Shown here: positions 29,088 through 39,506 of the stretch, one piece after another
Position numbering within the stretch: the stretch's first letter is position 1
Layout of the letters: every line of letters begins with the position of its first letter
DNA from: an uncultured Legionellales bacterium
Lineage (GTDB): Bacteria; Pseudomonadota; Gammaproteobacteria; CAZGQK01
Direction: 5' to 3'
DNA: 64,000 bases
Assembly (NCBI GenBank): GCA_964527645.1
Contig: CAZGQK010000002.1
Coordinates: 24,022-88,021, forward strand
Translations under genes and position numbers: made by a program
The notes under the pieces: model-generated
Database searches by the model: none
What the model was told of the DNA's origin: nothing
The model's input: only the letters and a program-made list of their open reading frames with translations

Positions 29088-29858
29088 TTAGCGAGCAATA
29101 CCTCGCTCTGAAGCATCCATTAAGTCTAACATCAAGGTTAACTCGGGCGTTTTTTTCGACATTTCCTTCACTTTGGAACATGCCTCCCTCCATGGCAAAC
29201 CTTGCTTAAACAAAACGCGAAAGGCTTTACGAATTTCACTTAATTGCGCGTCTTGAAAACCGTGTCGCTTCAAGCCAACACTGTTTAAACCGTGGTGTAC
29301 CGCCGGATTACCAACCACCATCATGTAAGGCAAAATATCACGATAGACTTTACAACCACGCCCTAAAAAACTATAGGAACCAATTGTGCAGAATTGATGA
29401 ATACCAGTAAATGCGCCCAAGACAACATGATCACGCACCTTCACATGCCCAGCTAACGAAGCGTTGTTGGCAAATACAGCACTGTTACCGACCTGGCAAT
29501 CATGCGCAATGTGCGCATAGGCCATAATAAAATTTTTGTTACCTATCCGTGTCACACTTCCACCTGCTTGCGTGCCACGATTAAGCGTACAGAATTCACG
29601 AATAATATTGTCATCACCTATTTCCAGCGAAGTACTTTCTCCTGCAAAATCTAAAGACTGCGGATCTTCGCCAATGGATGAGAATTGATAAATTTTATTG
29701 TTTTTGCCTATTTTTGTTTTAGCACTAATACAAACATGGGGGCCAATAACCGTGCCCGAACCAATTTCAACCTCTGCTCCTACAATTGACCAAGGACCAA
29801 TCACCACGTCTTTAGCAATTTTTGCACTTTCATCTATAATGGCACGATTATCAATCAT
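29088..29858 (-). CDS. lpxA: acyl-ACP--UDP-N-acetylglucosamine O-acyltransferase
   Basis: Left-handed beta-helix hexapeptide repeats plus a helical C-terminal domain, in conserved position after fabZ. Confidence 0.95.
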   Translation of the reverse strand: MIDNRAIIDESAKIAKDVVIGPWSIVGAEVEIGSGTVIGPHVCISAKTKIGKNNKIYQFSSIGEDPQSLDFAGESTSLEIGDDNIIREFCTLNRGTQAGGSVTRIGNKNFIMAYAHIAHDCQVGNSAVFANNASLAGHVKVRDHVVLGAFTGIHQFCTIGSYSFLGRGCKVYRDILPYMMVVGNPAVHHGLNSVGLKRHGFQDAQLSEIRKAFRVLFKQGLPWREACSKVKEMSKKTPELTLMLDLMDASERGIAR

Positions 29859-29860
29859 TA

Positions 29861-30307
29861 TTAACTCCCTTTAGCATTGATAAATTCAGCCGTACAAACC
29901 ACTTTATCTCCAACGCTTGCCGTGCCTTTAAATTTCCAAAAATCATCACCACGGCGCCGCAAAACTTCCACGTACAAACACAATTGATCCCCAGGGGTAA
30001 CCACTTGCTTAAAACGTGCATTATCAACACCCGCCAAAAAATATATAGTTTCTAACGCAGGAGACAATTTAAGGGTTTCAAAAATAAGAATGCCACCCGC
30101 CTGCGCCATCGCTTCTATAATTAAAACACCCGGCATCACCGCCAAATCAGGAAAGTGCCCAGTAAAAATAGGCTCATTGATGGTCACATTTTTAATGGCC
30201 TTGATAGATTTATCTACCTGAATTTCTAACACACGGTCCACCATTAAAAAAGGAAACCGATGCGGCAAATATTCTTGCCTTATTTGATCAATCTTAATAT
30301 CAGTCAT
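29861..30307 (-). CDS. fabZ: 3-hydroxyacyl-ACP dehydratase
   Basis: [19 protein letters not shown] and [12 protein letters not shown] motifs. Confidence 0.96.
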   Translation of the reverse strand: MTDIKIDQIRQEYLPHRFPFLMVDRVLEIQVDKSIKAIKNVTINEPIFTGHFPDLAVMPGVLIIEAMAQAGGILIFETLKLSPALETIYFLAGVDNARFKQVVTPGDQLCLYVEVLRRRGDDFWKFKGTASVGDKVVCTAEFINAKGS

Positions 30308-31343
30308 GGGATGCCTCTTCCAATCTTTTAATACGCTTAACTATTTTGTCCAATTGTCGAAATAAAACCGCACAACGTCGCCACTGACTGCCCGGCAATA
30401 CACCGGTACCCGAAGCATAAAACCCAGGTGCCGTTAGCGACTTGGTCACCATCGCCCGGCCGGCAATAACAACCTGGTCTACAATTTGCAAATGGCCACC
30501 AATCCCTGCTCCACCACCTATTTTGCAAAAACGTCCAATATGCGTGCTGCCTGCTACCCCGGTACAACCCGCAATGGCGGTATGGGCACCAACGTGGACA
30601 TTATGCCCTATTTGGATTTGGTTATCTAACTTAACTCCTTCTGCAATAACAGTATTCTCCAAAACGCCCCGATCGATAGTGGTATTTGCCCCTACTTCGA
30701 CATCATCAGCTAACAAAACACCTCCCAGCTGAGGAATCTTGTGCCATTTTTGTTCGCTATTGGCGTAACTAAACCCATCGGCACCAACCACCACGCCGCT
30801 GTGCAAAATAATACGATTACCGAGTTGTACATTATGGTAACAAGTCACTCGCGGATAGAGGTAGCAATCATCACCAATACAACCATCATCGCCCACGTAA
30901 CAACCAGCCGCCAATACCGTATTGGCACCTATTGTCACACGATCGCCAAGCACACAATGGGGACCAATGGATGCCGACGGACTCAAGCTGCATTCAGCAC
31001 CCACAATGGCCGTAGCATGCACACCCGGACTTACCGTTTTTTTTGGGGCGAATAATTGTGCTAATTTAGCAAAAGCAAGATAGGGATCATCTGTCACCAA
31101 CGCATTTACCGGGCAATCTTTTAACATCTCTTCTTTTAATATTACGGCAGAAGCTTTAGTCCCCGGCAAATACTGATCATGATGATGACCGCCACTCAAA
31201 GCATCTACAGTTAAAAAACTAATCTGTTGTGCAGCAGCATTTGCTAACGGCGCAATGCCAACAATCGTACAATTAGGGTCACCCACCAAGCGCGCATTAA
31301 TATGGCTGGCCAGTTCTTGAAGGGAATAACTGTTTTCTTTCAT
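30300..31343 (-). CDS. lpxD: UDP-3-O-acylglucosamine N-acyltransferase
   Basis: 347 aa with an N-terminal uridine-binding domain then hexapeptide repeats. It sits between skp and fabZ. Confidence 0.95.
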   Translation of the reverse strand: MKENSYSLQELASHINARLVGDPNCTIVGIAPLANAAAQQISFLTVDALSGGHHHDQYLPGTKASAVILKEEMLKDCPVNALVTDDPYLAFAKLAQLFAPKKTVSPGVHATAIVGAECSLSPSASIGPHCVLGDRVTIGANTVLAAGCYVGDDGCIGDDCYLYPRVTCYHNVQLGNRIILHSGVVVGADGFSYANSEQKWHKIPQLGGVLLADDVEVGANTTIDRGVLENTVIAEGVKLDNQIQIGHNVHVGAHTAIAGCTGVAGSTHIGRFCKIGGGAGIGGHLQIVDQVVIAGRAMVTKSLTAPGFYASGTGVLPGSQWRRCAVLFRQLDKIVKRIKRLEEASHD

Positions 31344-31422
31344 GGTATATTCACAAAGATATTCTCCTTGGCAAGCGGCAGATCAACAGCAACCTGCCAA
31401 GGAACAAACCATTTATCGTCTA

Positions 31423-31926
31423 TCACTTAATATATTTTTGTACTTGCGATGTAATATCTACTACCGCATTACCATTGGAATAAAGCACACTATTTTTAGG
31501 CAACACTAAATCCAATTTCTTTTTTTGTGCCACTTTGCCAACAGCTGCTTGTAATTTTTTCATAAATAAAGCCATGGCTTTATTTTGCGCCACATATAAA
31601 TTTTGCTGATATTGCGCCTGACTTTGACGCAATTGAGCCGCCTGTTTCGTTATAGCAGTACGCAATGCACTAACCGCTTTAGCACTCATCACCGATTGAT
31701 TTTTTTGCAATTTTTTAATATTCGCCTGCAAAGATTTGTCCAAAGCCAAAATGGATTTTTTTCGCCCAGCGAATTGTTTGTCCAGTTGTTTGTTTATGTT
31801 ATTGATAGATGAAGAAGAACGCAGTACTTGCTGCGCATCAACAACACCAACTGTAAAAGCAGCAAACAGTTGTGTGGTTAACAACAGCGACGCAAATAAT
31901 ACAAAAACCTTCAATACTCTTTTCAT
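31423..31926 (-). CDS. skp: periplasmic chaperone Skp (OmpH)
   Basis: Signal peptide followed by a Q/K-rich coiled coil, in conserved position between bamA and lpxD. Start set at MKRVLKV. Confidence 0.88.
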   Translation of the reverse strand: MKRVLKVFVLFASLLLTTQLFAAFTVGVVDAQQVLRSSSSINNINKQLDKQFAGRKKSILALDKSLQANIKKLQKNQSVMSAKAVSALRTAITKQAAQLRQSQAQYQQNLYVAQNKAMALFMKKLQAAVGKVAQKKKLDLVLPKNSVLYSNGNAVVDITSQVQKYIK

Positions 31927-31964
31927 AACACTTCTCTCCAATGGTTAAATAAATTCTCAACTCA

Positions 31965-34265
31965 CTAAATACTTCCCGCCATACTAAAACCAATCAACTC
32001 TGTTTGATCCCCTGGCTTCTTGTTAAGTGGCTTAGCCAAACTAATCGAAATTGGCGCACCGAAAAACGGCAATTTAAAACTTACCTTTACGCCAGCCGAA
32101 TAACGAATGTCACTCATATTCACCCTATCTTGATAAATATTACCACCCGCCACAATCAAAGCAATGCGCAGATTATGACTGATGGGATTTGGAATAATAA
32201 GATCCAAACCACCAATGATTTGCACATTACCACCCAAGCCATCCCCATTGGCATCAACCGGACCCAAGGTATTAGGTTCAAACCCAGGAACCGTGCCAAT
32301 ACCACCAGCATAATAATTAAGGAAAAACGGCAAAGAACCCGTACTACCGATGCCATTTCCATAACCCAGTTGCGTATGTGGGTTTAAAATAAAACCATGA
32401 CTACCTAATGGCAAATAATAACTGGCTTGATAATTTAATTTATAATATTTCAAACTGTTGCTATCTAATGGGAAACTTACACTGCCCCCTAAAGATGAAT
32501 ACAGCCCACTATCCGGAAAAGGCTGCTGGTCATAAGTCAAATACGTCCAACCCAGCCCCAACGTTCCTTCATCAAATCGCGTGCCATGTTTGTCCAAAAA
32601 CTGCATAAATGAAGCTGGGGTCTGTCCATCTATGCCAGTGACACGATAATGATCATAACCTAAACTTAAGCTATAAGCACTTTGGTCGGACAAAGGAAAA
32701 GAATAGTTAACTGCTCCGCCATACCCATCTTGATTATAATCCGCCAAATTAACACTGCCTGGTGTTACCTTGCTGTAATAACCGGAAAAACCACGGCCGA
32801 TGCCACTTGGCGTGTAATTCGGATTAAAATAATTGGCCGTATATGACGTATAGTAGGAACTACGTGAAAAATTAAAGCCAACCAGATTACCTGTGCCAGC
32901 AAAATTAGGCATAGATACTCCCGCACCATACATAAAACCATACACATCTGAATAACCACCATTTATAGATGCCGATCCAGCAGTAATTTCTTGTACGTGA
33001 TAATTTAAGTCAACTTGATTGGGTTTGTTAGGCACCGGTATGGTCGCCACTTGAATATTGCCAAGATAACCTAAATTTCTCAAATGACGCGTTGAAGTAT
33101 TTACTTTAGATAGCGAAAACAACGAATCTTCAAACTGTGTTATTTGACTACGAATGACATTTTGGTCGGTATGTGAATTCCCAATAATATTAATGCGGCG
33201 CACATAAACGCGACGCCCTGGATTTATTTGATAAACAATGTTAACCAAATGACGAGCATCATTAAGCTGCGGAATGGTGCGAATTTCAGGAAAGGCATAA
33301 CCTTGATCGGCGATATAATCAGATATTTTTTTTGTCACCGCTATGATTTTTGCGCGCGAGAAAACTTGCCCCGGACGAACGGTGATCAACTGCCTCATGG
33401 CTGCCTTTTGTCCCAGTGGATTACCAGCAATTCGAATTGAACCAATGCGATAAACACTACCCTCAGAAACTCGAACAGTAATATAAACCTTCGCGTGATC
33501 TGGACTCATAGAAACTTGGCTCGACACCACCTTAAAACGCAAATAACCATGATCAAAATAAAAATTGCCTAACGACTGCAAATCCGTATCCAGCTTTTCC
33601 TTGGAATAACGATCATTATGCGTAAAAAATGAAAATAAACCTGACTTGGATAATTTGAAATTTTTCAGTAAGGTATGTTCACTAAAGTGCTGATTCCCCA
33701 AAATTTGTACACTTTTGACCTTAGCAATAGGGCCTTCTTGAATATCAAACACCAAAGCCGTGCGACCATGTCTACTCTTGGTAATTTCTGATGTTACCTT
33801 AGCATCAAAGTAGCCCATCATATAATACTCTTGTTGCAGCCCCGCCGTCATTAAGCGGATTTGCGATGAATTATAAATCGAACCCAAATCTACGCCCATT
33901 TTTTTCAGCGCTTTCTTTAAACGTTTAGTAGAAATCGCTTTATTACCTTTAAAAGTAATTAAACTAATAATTGGGCGCTCTTGCACCTGAATAATCAAAG
34001 TGCCACCGCGACGCGATAACGCTACGTTACTAAAGAAATTAGTGCGATAAAGCGCCTCAATAATTTCTCCACCACGCTTGGGCGTATACTTTTCGCCACG
34101 ATGCACTGGCAAATAACTCATCACCGTGCCCTTATGAATACGTTGCAGCCCTTGCACTTGAATCTGATCAATAACAAAACCATTCGCTGCCCAGAGAGGA
34201 GAAGAAACCAAGATGAGCACTAGAAAGCTTAGGAACGTTCGTTTGCATTTAGTCATGATGGTCAT
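31965..34265 (-). CDS. bamA: outer membrane protein assembly factor BamA
   Basis: 766 aa. Signal peptide, POTRA repeats (IDQIQVQGLQRI..., VKSVQILGN, IGSIRIAGN, VRRINIIGN) and a Gly/aromatic-rich C-terminal barrel. Confidence 0.95.
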   Translation of the reverse strand: MTIMTKCKRTFLSFLVLILVSSPLWAANGFVIDQIQVQGLQRIHKGTVMSYLPVHRGEKYTPKRGGEIIEALYRTNFFSNVALSRRGGTLIIQVQERPIISLITFKGNKAISTKRLKKALKKMGVDLGSIYNSSQIRLMTAGLQQEYYMMGYFDAKVTSEITKSRHGRTALVFDIQEGPIAKVKSVQILGNQHFSEHTLLKNFKLSKSGLFSFFTHNDRYSKEKLDTDLQSLGNFYFDHGYLRFKVVSSQVSMSPDHAKVYITVRVSEGSVYRIGSIRIAGNPLGQKAAMRQLITVRPGQVFSRAKIIAVTKKISDYIADQGYAFPEIRTIPQLNDARHLVNIVYQINPGRRVYVRRINIIGNSHTDQNVIRSQITQFEDSLFSLSKVNTSTRHLRNLGYLGNIQVATIPVPNKPNQVDLNYHVQEITAGSASINGGYSDVYGFMYGAGVSMPNFAGTGNLVGFNFSRSSYYTSYTANYFNPNYTPSGIGRGFSGYYSKVTPGSVNLADYNQDGYGGAVNYSFPLSDQSAYSLSLGYDHYRVTGIDGQTPASFMQFLDKHGTRFDEGTLGLGWTYLTYDQQPFPDSGLYSSLGGSVSFPLDSNSLKYYKLNYQASYYLPLGSHGFILNPHTQLGYGNGIGSTGSLPFFLNYYAGGIGTVPGFEPNTLGPVDANGDGLGGNVQIIGGLDLIIPNPISHNLRIALIVAGGNIYQDRVNMSDIRYSAGVKVSFKLPFFGAPISISLAKPLNKKPGDQTELIGFSMAGSI

Positions 34266-34517
34266 AATACCCTTTATCCATTTGTGCGTTAAACAATCTC
34301 GCCGTGCCTAGCAACGACAATCCTCATGCATTTATCCGATTTTAAATCCATCGGCTTAACAACCCGGCAGCAAGCCGCCGAAATTGTTTACTTATTTTAC
34401 TTCGCCTACGCGGGAGACCCGTACTGTCGGCAAGCAAAAGGAAGTCTTTCATAACTCCTTTGCAATCTCCATCGATCTTGCCTCCCTGACAAGAGGGGCC
34501 ATTATACAACACCTCTA

Positions 34518-35705
34518 TCACCTTGCACAGCATTGTTGCGTGAGATAATTTTCCGCGACAACGCGTGCTTTTTGATCAACTGCTAAAATAGCTTCTAAAT
34601 TATTCTCTGAACTCACGGGTAACGTATCAAGCGCATATGCCACCACATCATAAATATGCGTAAAGGCAATTTTACCAGCCAAAAAGGCCGCCACAGCTAC
34701 TTCGTTGGCCGCATTTAAAACAACAGATGCGTCACCGCCGGCGATTAAGGCCTGATAAGCCAACGACAAGCAAGGATATTGTTGCTGCGACAATGGCTGA
34801 AAATCCAAGCGAGCACATTGCAATAGGTCCAATGGTGGCACCGATGTGCCGATGCGCTCCGGCCAGGCCAAAGCACAAGCAATCGGAGTGCGCATATCGG
34901 GCTGACCTAATTGTGCCAACAGCGAACCATCCAAATAACGCACCAGGGAGTGCACTACGCTTTGCGGATGTAACACCACCTCAAGTTTTGTGGCAGGCAG
35001 ACCAAACAACCAATAGGCTTCGATAAGCTCCAACCCTTTATTCATCATGGTCGCCGAATCAACAGAAATTTTTGCCCCCATCGACCAATTCGGGTGCGCA
35101 CAAGCTTGTTGTGGCGTAGCTGTTTTCAGCTGCTCCACAGTCCATTGACGAAACGGCCCACCGGATGCAGTTAGTATTAGCGACTCCACCCCCGAAGGTA
35201 CTTGCCCGACACAAAAGCCCGTCGGCAAACACTGAAAAATAGCATTGTGTTCACTATCCACTGGAATCAGCTGGGCTTGTGATTTTTTCAACGCCGCCAA
35301 AAATAACCCACCGGCCATCACTAACGGTTCTTTGTTAGCCAACAAAACGCGTTTACTCGCCCTAACTGCCGCCAAAGTTGGCAACAAACCGACTGCACCA
35401 ACAATAGCCGCCACCACAATTGAACTTGCTTCATCCTCAGCTACATCAATTAAAGCTTGCTCGCCAGCCAACACCTGCGTCGCACAACCACGCTCTTTTA
35501 ATTGCGTTGACAACGCCGAAGCGTAAGCTTTATCGGCAATCACTGCATAGCGCGGTTTAAACTGCACACACTGCTCAACTAATTTATCAACATTGCGATG
35601 CGCGGTTAATGCCTCAACCGTATATAATTGCGCATGTTGTGCTAACACATTAAGCGTGCTAACACCTATCGAACCCGTTGAACCTAAAATAGTAACTTTT
35701 TGCAT
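34518..35705 (-). CDS. dxr: 1-deoxy-D-xylulose 5-phosphate reductoisomerase
   Basis: ILGSTGSIGVSTL NADPH site, LANKE, SEHNAIFQCL and NKGLE motifs. Confidence 0.96.
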   Translation of the reverse strand: MQKVTILGSTGSIGVSTLNVLAQHAQLYTVEALTAHRNVDKLVEQCVQFKPRYAVIADKAYASALSTQLKERGCATQVLAGEQALIDVAEDEASSIVVAAIVGAVGLLPTLAAVRASKRVLLANKEPLVMAGGLFLAALKKSQAQLIPVDSEHNAIFQCLPTGFCVGQVPSGVESLILTASGGPFRQWTVEQLKTATPQQACAHPNWSMGAKISVDSATMMNKGLELIEAYWLFGLPATKLEVVLHPQSVVHSLVRYLDGSLLAQLGQPDMRTPIACALAWPERIGTSVPPLDLLQCARLDFQPLSQQQYPCLSLAYQALIAGGDASVVLNAANEVAVAAFLAGKIAFTHIYDVVAYALDTLPVSSENNLEAILAVDQKARVVAENYLTQQCCAR

Positions 35706-35708
35706 GTT

Positions 35709-36533
35709 TTAAATCTTTTGAAACGCCAACACAAACATAAACCAAAACCACAAAGCAATTGGCAGCGCAGCCAACAAACTATCAATACGATCTAAGATAC
35801 CACCGTGCCCTGGCAACACATGCCCACTATCCTTAACATCAGCTCGTCGCTTCAACATACTTTCCATCAGATCGCCCAAATTAGCGAACAACGCCACTAC
35901 TACTGTCAATAACAACGCAGTAAACCATTCCGAGTAGGCGATTTTAGCCACCAATAAAATGATGACGGCCGCCACCAAAGAAGACACAATCCCGCCGAAA
36001 AACCCTACCCACGTTTTTTTTGGACTCACACGCGCCACCCACAAACGCTTACCCCAAAATCGACCGCTAAAATAAGCACCACTATCATTGACCCAAACCA
36101 ATATTAAGGGTATTAACAAAGACCACGCAGAAGTAGCGCGCAACTCTACGACACTGACCCAGCAGGTAACCAATAGCAACCATCCCAGAAACATTTTAAA
36201 AGCTTTACTTTGCAATCCCAGCGGCATATAGCCTTTGGCATAAACCAAAACCGCACAAAAAGCCCATAACCAAGCCAATAAGGAAATTCCTAAAATCAAT
36301 GGGATTACGCGTCCTGACAGAAAAAACATAACCGCCAAAAGCAATACCGTAATGATTAAGTACAACACTCGCGAGGTCACATGCCTTAAGCCGACCAACC
36401 ATGACCACTCCCAGGCAGCCCAAGCAACAATCACCCCCATAATTAGCGAAAAATATAGCACCGGCAGATAAAAAGTTACCGCCAAGAAAACAATTAATAA
36501 TAAAACCGCAGTCAACAATCTTTGTCTAAACAT
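35709..36533 (-). CDS. cdsA: phosphatidate cytidylyltransferase
   Basis: Polytopic. C-terminal signature GDLMESMLKRRADVKDSGHVLPGHGGILDRIDS. Confidence 0.95.
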   Translation of the reverse strand: MFRQRLLTAVLLLIVFLAVTFYLPVLYFSLIMGVIVAWAAWEWSWLVGLRHVTSRVLYLIITVLLLAVMFFLSGRVIPLILGISLLAWLWAFCAVLVYAKGYMPLGLQSKAFKMFLGWLLLVTCWVSVVELRATSAWSLLIPLILVWVNDSGAYFSGRFWGKRLWVARVSPKKTWVGFFGGIVSSLVAAVIILLVAKIAYSEWFTALLLTVVVALFANLGDLMESMLKRRADVKDSGHVLPGHGGILDRIDSLLAALPIALWFWFMFVLAFQKI

Positions 36534-37254
36534 CCATCTCTTCCTTCTGTTCCCTGGTTAAACCAAAACGACGGTCCCTGTTTTTGTACCAAGCCAATGC
36601 TTGTGCAAAACACGATGCATCAAAATCGGGCCAATAAACATCGGTAAAATACATTTCTGCATAAGCCAATTGCCACAACATAAAATTGCTGAGCCGCTGC
36701 TCACCGCTGGTGCGAATAAATAGATCGGGCGGCGGTAAATCTGGAAAGCACAAATGTTGAGACATTGTTTCTTCATCTATCTCACTAACCGTAATCTTGC
36801 CCTCCACAACAGATTGCGCTACCCGCTTGGCTGCTTGTACAATCTCCCACTGGCCACTGTAATTAATCGCCAACACCACTTGCAGCTGACAATTGCCCGC
36901 TGTATGGCTTTCTGCGTGTGTAATTTTAGTCAGTAAGTTGTCGTTAAAATAATGACGATCACCCATGAGACGGATGCGAATACCACGCTTATGCAAATCT
37001 TTTAAATAAGAACTCAGCACCTCTGCGAACAGGCCCATTAAACTTTTGACCTCATCACCTGGACGATGATGATTATCTAAGCCAAAAGCAAACAATGTCA
37101 AAACTTCAATTTCACTTTCCAGACAAGATTCAATTAGTGTTTTAACTGCTTTTACACCAGCACGATGTCCTTTGGCACGTGACATTTTTTGTTGTGTCGC
37201 CCAACGCCCATTACCATCCATAATAATCGCAACATGTTTTGGCTGTTCATTCAT
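36526..37254 (-). CDS. uppS: ditrans,polycis-undecaprenyl-diphosphate synthase
   Basis: HVAIIMDGNGRWA, IRTSGEQRLSNFMLWQ. Confidence 0.96.
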   Translation of the reverse strand: MNEQPKHVAIIMDGNGRWATQQKMSRAKGHRAGVKAVKTLIESCLESEIEVLTLFAFGLDNHHRPGDEVKSLMGLFAEVLSSYLKDLHKRGIRIRLMGDRHYFNDNLLTKITHAESHTAGNCQLQVVLAINYSGQWEIVQAAKRVAQSVVEGKITVSEIDEETMSQHLCFPDLPPPDLFIRTSGEQRLSNFMLWQLAYAEMYFTDVYWPDFDASCFAQALAWYKNRDRRFGLTREQKEEMDV

Positions 37255-37284
37255 AGGCTTTCTACAAATAATCGTAGGAAAATA

Positions 37285-37842
37285 TCAAATCGACATCAAA
37301 TCTTTTTCTTTAGCACTAATAACAGATTCAATGTTCTCAACAAATTTATCGGTTAATTTTTGAATTCTAGTCTCTGCTTTACGCTCATCATCTTCACTGA
37401 TTTCTTTGGCTTTAACTAGATCTTTAAAATCGCCATTGGCCTCACGACGAATATTGCGCACAGCAATACGCCCCTTTTCGCCCGCATCACGCACAATACG
37501 CGTTAGATCACGACGTCGCTCCTCAGTCAAAGGTGGCAAGGGAATATGAATGACAGTACCCGCGGTATTAGGATTTAAACCCAAACCAGAACTCATAATC
37601 GCTTTTTCGATTGGTGCCACCATGGTCTTTTCCCACGGCGTTACTTTTAGCGTTCGCGCATCTTCCACCGCAACACCAGCCACTTGGTTAAGCGCCGTTT
37701 CAGTACCATAATAATCGACTTTAATGTGCTCCAACAAGCTTGGATGAGCTCGTCCCGTACGTATTTTTGCTAATTCATTTTGCAACGCATCAATTGATTT
37801 CTGCATGCGCTGTGTAGCATCATTTATAATTTCATCAATCAC
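37285..37842 (-). CDS. frr: ribosome recycling factor
   Basis: 185 aa, colinear with Frr ([11 protein letters not shown]..., LTEERRRDL). Confidence 0.96.
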   Translation of the reverse strand: MIDEIINDATQRMQKSIDALQNELAKIRTGRAHPSLLEHIKVDYYGTETALNQVAGVAVEDARTLKVTPWEKTMVAPIEKAIMSSGLGLNPNTAGTVIHIPLPPLTEERRRDLTRIVRDAGEKGRIAVRNIRREANGDFKDLVKAKEISEDDERKAETRIQKLTDKFVENIESVISAKEKDLMSI

Positions 37843-37854
37843 AAATATCTCCTG

Positions 37855-38580
37855 TTACTCTTTTACCAGCGTACCTTCCTCTTCTCCCGTAATAACACGG
37901 TAAAGCGCCCCTGGTTTAGTAATATTAAACACACGTAGTTTCATATGATGATCACGACATTGGCAAAATGCTGATAAATCCATTACTGCCAGCTCTTTAT
38001 CCAACGCCTCTTGATAAGTTAGGCGCGGTAGTAATTTGGCATCTGCATTTTTTGCCGGATCCTTGTCATAAACACCATCGACATTGGTGGCTTTTATAAT
38101 AATATCAGCATCAATTTCAATACCGCGCAAACTCGCAGCTGAATCAGTCGTCACTAAAGGATTCCCGGTCCCTCCAGCAAATACCACCACACGCTTTTGC
38201 TTAAGATGATGAATAGCTTTGCGACGCGAAAAATGATCAACCACCCCACTCATGGGAACTGCGGATAAAACTCTTACCGAAAAACCAGCGCGCTCAAAAG
38301 CATCACGAAACGCTAATCCATTCATCAGTGTTCCGAGCATGCCCATGTAGTCACCAGTAATGCGTCTAATCCCCACCTTCGACAAGGCTGCACCACGAAA
38401 AAAATTGCCGCCACCAATAACCACAGCAACTTCAACACCCAGCGCGTGAATTGCACCAATATCTTTAACTAAGGAATCCAACATCGCTGGCGAAATAAAA
38501 GCAACACCGTCGCCCATCAACGCCTCGCCACTCATTTTTAATAAAATGCGTTTATAAATCGGCTGTTTTCCCTTAGACAT
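37855..38580 (-). CDS. pyrH: UMP kinase
   Basis: YKRILLKMSGEAL, VIGGGNFFRG. Confidence 0.96.
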   Translation of the reverse strand: MSKGKQPIYKRILLKMSGEALMGDGVAFISPAMLDSLVKDIGAIHALGVEVAVVIGGGNFFRGAALSKVGIRRITGDYMGMLGTLMNGLAFRDAFERAGFSVRVLSAVPMSGVVDHFSRRKAIHHLKQKRVVVFAGGTGNPLVTTDSAASLRGIEIDADIIIKATNVDGVYDKDPAKNADAKLLPRLTYQEALDKELAVMDLSAFCQCRDHHMKLRVFNITKPGALYRVITGEEEGTLVKE

Positions 38581-38592
38581 AGCTAATTTTCC

Positions 38593-39477
38593 TTATTGGT
38601 TATCCTCAACCTGTGCACGCACCTCATCGGCAAAATTTTGCGTTGCTTTTTCAATCCCTTCACCGACCTCAAAACGCACAAACGCTTCAATTTTGGCGTT
38701 GTCATTTTTTGCCAATAAATCGGCAACCGTTACTTCCGGATCTTTTACAAAGGGTTGGCCCAGCAAACTGTTTTCTTGCATAAATTTCTTCATGCGACCC
38801 ACTACCATTTTTTCAATAATATTATCTGGCTTGCCACTTTCTTTGGCTTGCGCAAGATAAATATCTTTTTCACGCGCCAGTAGTTCAGCTGGAATATCAT
38901 CCCCACCAATTGCTTTTGGATTGCTCGCAGCAATATGCATAGCAATATCTTTCGCCAATGCTGGATTATTTTTATCTAAGGCAACTAAAACACCAATACG
39001 ATCACCGTGCAGGTAAGCACCTACAACGCCACTGGCCTTTATCCAAGCTAAACGTCGAGGTTTTACATTCTCGCCAATTTTAGCCACCAAAGCTTGGCGC
39101 GTTTGCTCCAATGTCTCGTCGCTACCTGATGCTTTTGGCAATTGCATTAATGCGTCGATATCCTGCGCTTTTTCCGTCAATGCGCGCTCAACCAATAATT
39201 GGGCAAATGCACGGAAATTGTCATCGCGCGCAACAAAGTCAGTTTCTGAATTAATTTCTAGCAGCAGACCTTCCAAACCAGAAACTGCTTGCAACACTAC
39301 GCCTTCGGCGGCAATTTTATCGGCACGTTTAGCTGCTTTAAGCTGACCGCTCTTACGCAAAAAATCAATCGCCGCTTCAATGTCGCCTTCAACTTTAACC
39401 AGCGCTTTTTTACACTCCATCATGCCAGCACCCGTACGTTCACGTAATTCTTTCACTAATTTGGCTGTAATGGCCAT
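38593..39477 (-). CDS. tsf: elongation factor Ts
   Basis: [27 protein letters not shown]-like N-terminus; 294 aa. Confidence 0.96.
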   Translation of the reverse strand: MAITAKLVKELRERTGAGMMECKKALVKVEGDIEAAIDFLRKSGQLKAAKRADKIAAEGVVLQAVSGLEGLLLEINSETDFVARDDNFRAFAQLLVERALTEKAQDIDALMQLPKASGSDETLEQTRQALVAKIGENVKPRRLAWIKASGVVGAYLHGDRIGVLVALDKNNPALAKDIAMHIAASNPKAIGGDDIPAELLAREKDIYLAQAKESGKPDNIIEKMVVGRMKKFMQENSLLGQPFVKDPEVTVADLLAKNDNAKIEAFVRFEVGEGIEKATQNFADEVRAQVEDNQ

Positions 39478-39506
39478 ACCTACTCCTCACTTTTAATCAA
39501 ATATGT

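Noticed and set aside
30337-31055. Several 76-104-aa ORFs in alternative frames or antisense within lpxD.
   Set aside because: They are generated by the hexapeptide-repeat periodicity of lpxD. No start signals are present.
34342-34533. 63-aa minus-strand ORF in the dxr-bamA spacer, considered as an rseP remnant or small protein.
   Set aside because: It has no similarity to RseP (no HExxH, not hydrophobic), overlaps the dxr 3' end and lacks an SD.
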